The translations under genes were made by a program, and so were the position numbers. A DNA stretch of 64,000 nucleotides from an uncultured virus (IMG/VR IMGVR_UViG_3300028569_000032) (Duplodnaviria > Heunggongvirae > Uroviricota > Caudoviricetes). This document shows, one piece after another, positions 62,712 to 64,000 of the stretch. The stretch is from the IMG/VR virus record IMGVR_UViG_3300028569_000032; one strand, 5' to 3'. The stretch's first letter is position 1. Every line of letters starts with the position of its first letter. A model generated the notes under the pieces. The model saw only the letters and a program-made list of their open reading frames with translations, did not search any database and was not told the origin of the DNA.

Positions 62712-63627
62712 GATTATTTAGCTTCAATGGAATTGGCTGCATGCACATTTGCTGAAACATATCAACAAATTTGAAAAGCTTAATTCCTTTTGGAAGTTTG
62801 CACTTATAGATGTGAATATAATGCTCAAACTTTTCATTGAAAATAGGAGTGCCAATGTGATTTTGGACTACTTCTTCCAATTTAGCTTGATGCTTTTGAT
62901 CGATCATGTTATTTTCAACAAGTTCTTTGATCAAAGTAAGACCTCTTTCTTTAGCATCAGTCCATTCTGGATGATGATAAGAAAATAAGTCTATAACTTT
63001 ATATCCAGAAGCGATCAAGACTTTTAGTGCAGCACGACCTGAGTGAAAAATAAACTTTTCAGGAGACATTTGTTTTGCTTCTTCTGCAACAGATTCATCT
63101 TCAAAGATATGGCATTTAGCAGTATCTTTGCTCATGATTTCTTTAAGTTTTTCAGGCATATCTCCTCCAATCTCTACATAACTCCTGATTTCTTTTTCCC
63201 AATGAATTTCTTCATTGATGAAATTATAAGGCATGATTGCCATTTCAACTTTTTTGTCCTTCGTGATTTGATGGCAAATAATACAATCTTTCTTTGTCTG
63301 ATCTTTACCTTCAAGACGAATTGTGGCATCAAAGCCAACAGTTAAACTATTTGGGTCGAAACCAATCTTGCTGATAATAGCCGCTTTTGTGGCTAAATCC
63401 TTGTTCATGTTTGGAGAAATAATAATGGCAACAGGAGATTCGTCCCTCTCGACAACAACAATTGGCAACATACTTTGATCGTTGCTCTTTTTCACAACCT
63501 GTTCCTTTTGGGCCCTCAGAAAAGAACAAACCTGCTCAATATCAAAAGACATGTAATTCTCCTGTTCGTGTTTCCAATGCAGCTTCATTGTACAGTAAAA
63601 AATATTTATTGTAAAATCAAACTGCAA
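62695..63627 (-). CDS. Hypothetical protein
   Basis: Long ORF; AGGAG SD before MSFDIE. Confidence 0.65.
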   Translation of the reverse strand: MQFDFTINIFYCTMKLHWKHEQENYMSFDIEQVCSFLRAQKEQVVKKSNDQSMLPIVVVERDESPVAIIISPNMNKDLATKAAIISKIGFDPNSLTVGFDATIRLEGKDQTKKDCIICHQITKDKKVEMAIMPYNFINEEIHWEKEIRSYVEIGGDMPEKLKEIMSKDTAKCHIFEDESVAEEAKQMSPEKFIFHSGRAALKVLIASGYKVIDLFSYHHPEWTDAKERGLTLIKELVENNMIDQKHQAKLEEVVQNHIGTPIFNEKFEHYIHIYKCKLPKGIKLFKFVDMFQQMCMQPIPLKLNNLVKNN

Positions 63628-64000
63628 CCTCAGAAATTAATTTGGCGATTGCAACTTCTTTTGCTTTTGCTTCGACTTCAACAGTTATTTTCTGTTCAAG
63701 CCAAAAACGAGGGAAATCACTAGCATTGATATAATCATGATGACTTCTTTCATCTAAATGATCATAACCGCTGATAGGACTTGAAATATGGAAAAGAGGT
63801 TCTCTATTCCATGTCTTGATAGCAAGATCAGTAGCCTCTGAACAAGAAAATTCATCTGGATTGCAACGATGATGGTGAACATCGTAAACAAGAGGAATTC
63901 CTATATTATCACAAAAAGGCAACAGATCACTTGGAGTGTAACTAGTGTCATCATTCTCAACTGTGAGAAGCTTTCTTGCCCTATAACTCAGCTTGTTGAA
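63617..64000 (-). CDS. uvsE: UV-damage endonuclease, truncated by the window edge
   Basis: VENDD (upstream), PLVYDVHHHRCN, HISS, HHDYI, EVEAKAKE. Confidence 0.88.
   Translation of the reverse strand, partial: FNKLSYRARKLLTVENDDTSYTPSDLLPFCDNIGIPLVYDVHHHRCNPDEFSCSEATDLAIKTWNREPLFHISSPISGYDHLDERSHHDYINASDFPRFWLEQKITVEVEAKAKEVAIAKLISEVAV

Overview
This window looks like part of a large, AT-rich tailed-phage (jumbo/T4-like) genome. It has no rRNA or core cellular genes, many small hypothetical ORFs, one tRNA-Lys, an intein and auxiliary metabolic genes. It divides into three zones. (1) 1-14.3 kb and 40.6-58.6 kb hold many genes whose proteins start with a shared peptide (M-x-x-F-x-[QE]-[WF]-L..E) resembling the T4 capsid-targeting sequence, often just after a TAAATA motif. 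They include ART-like, ParB-like, kinase-like, HAD, SpeD and ECF-sigma-like proteins. (2) 14.5-39 kb is a mostly minus-strand array of gene cassettes. A 33-bp dyad element heads many of them (21 copies here, 2 more at 61.3-61.5 kb), and two other palindromic repeat families are interleaved. This zone carries a complete E2-JAB-E1-Ubl ubiquitin-like operon, a RuvB-like ATPase, a T3-type SAM lyase homologue and a 2H phosphoesterase. (3) 39-40.6 kb is a non-coding, inverted-symmetry region where strand composition flips, a candidate origin or genome end. Other genes include metK, a SNF2 helicase, uvsE, an acyl carrier protein and two glycosyltransferases. All calls come from reading motifs by eye; no searches were run.
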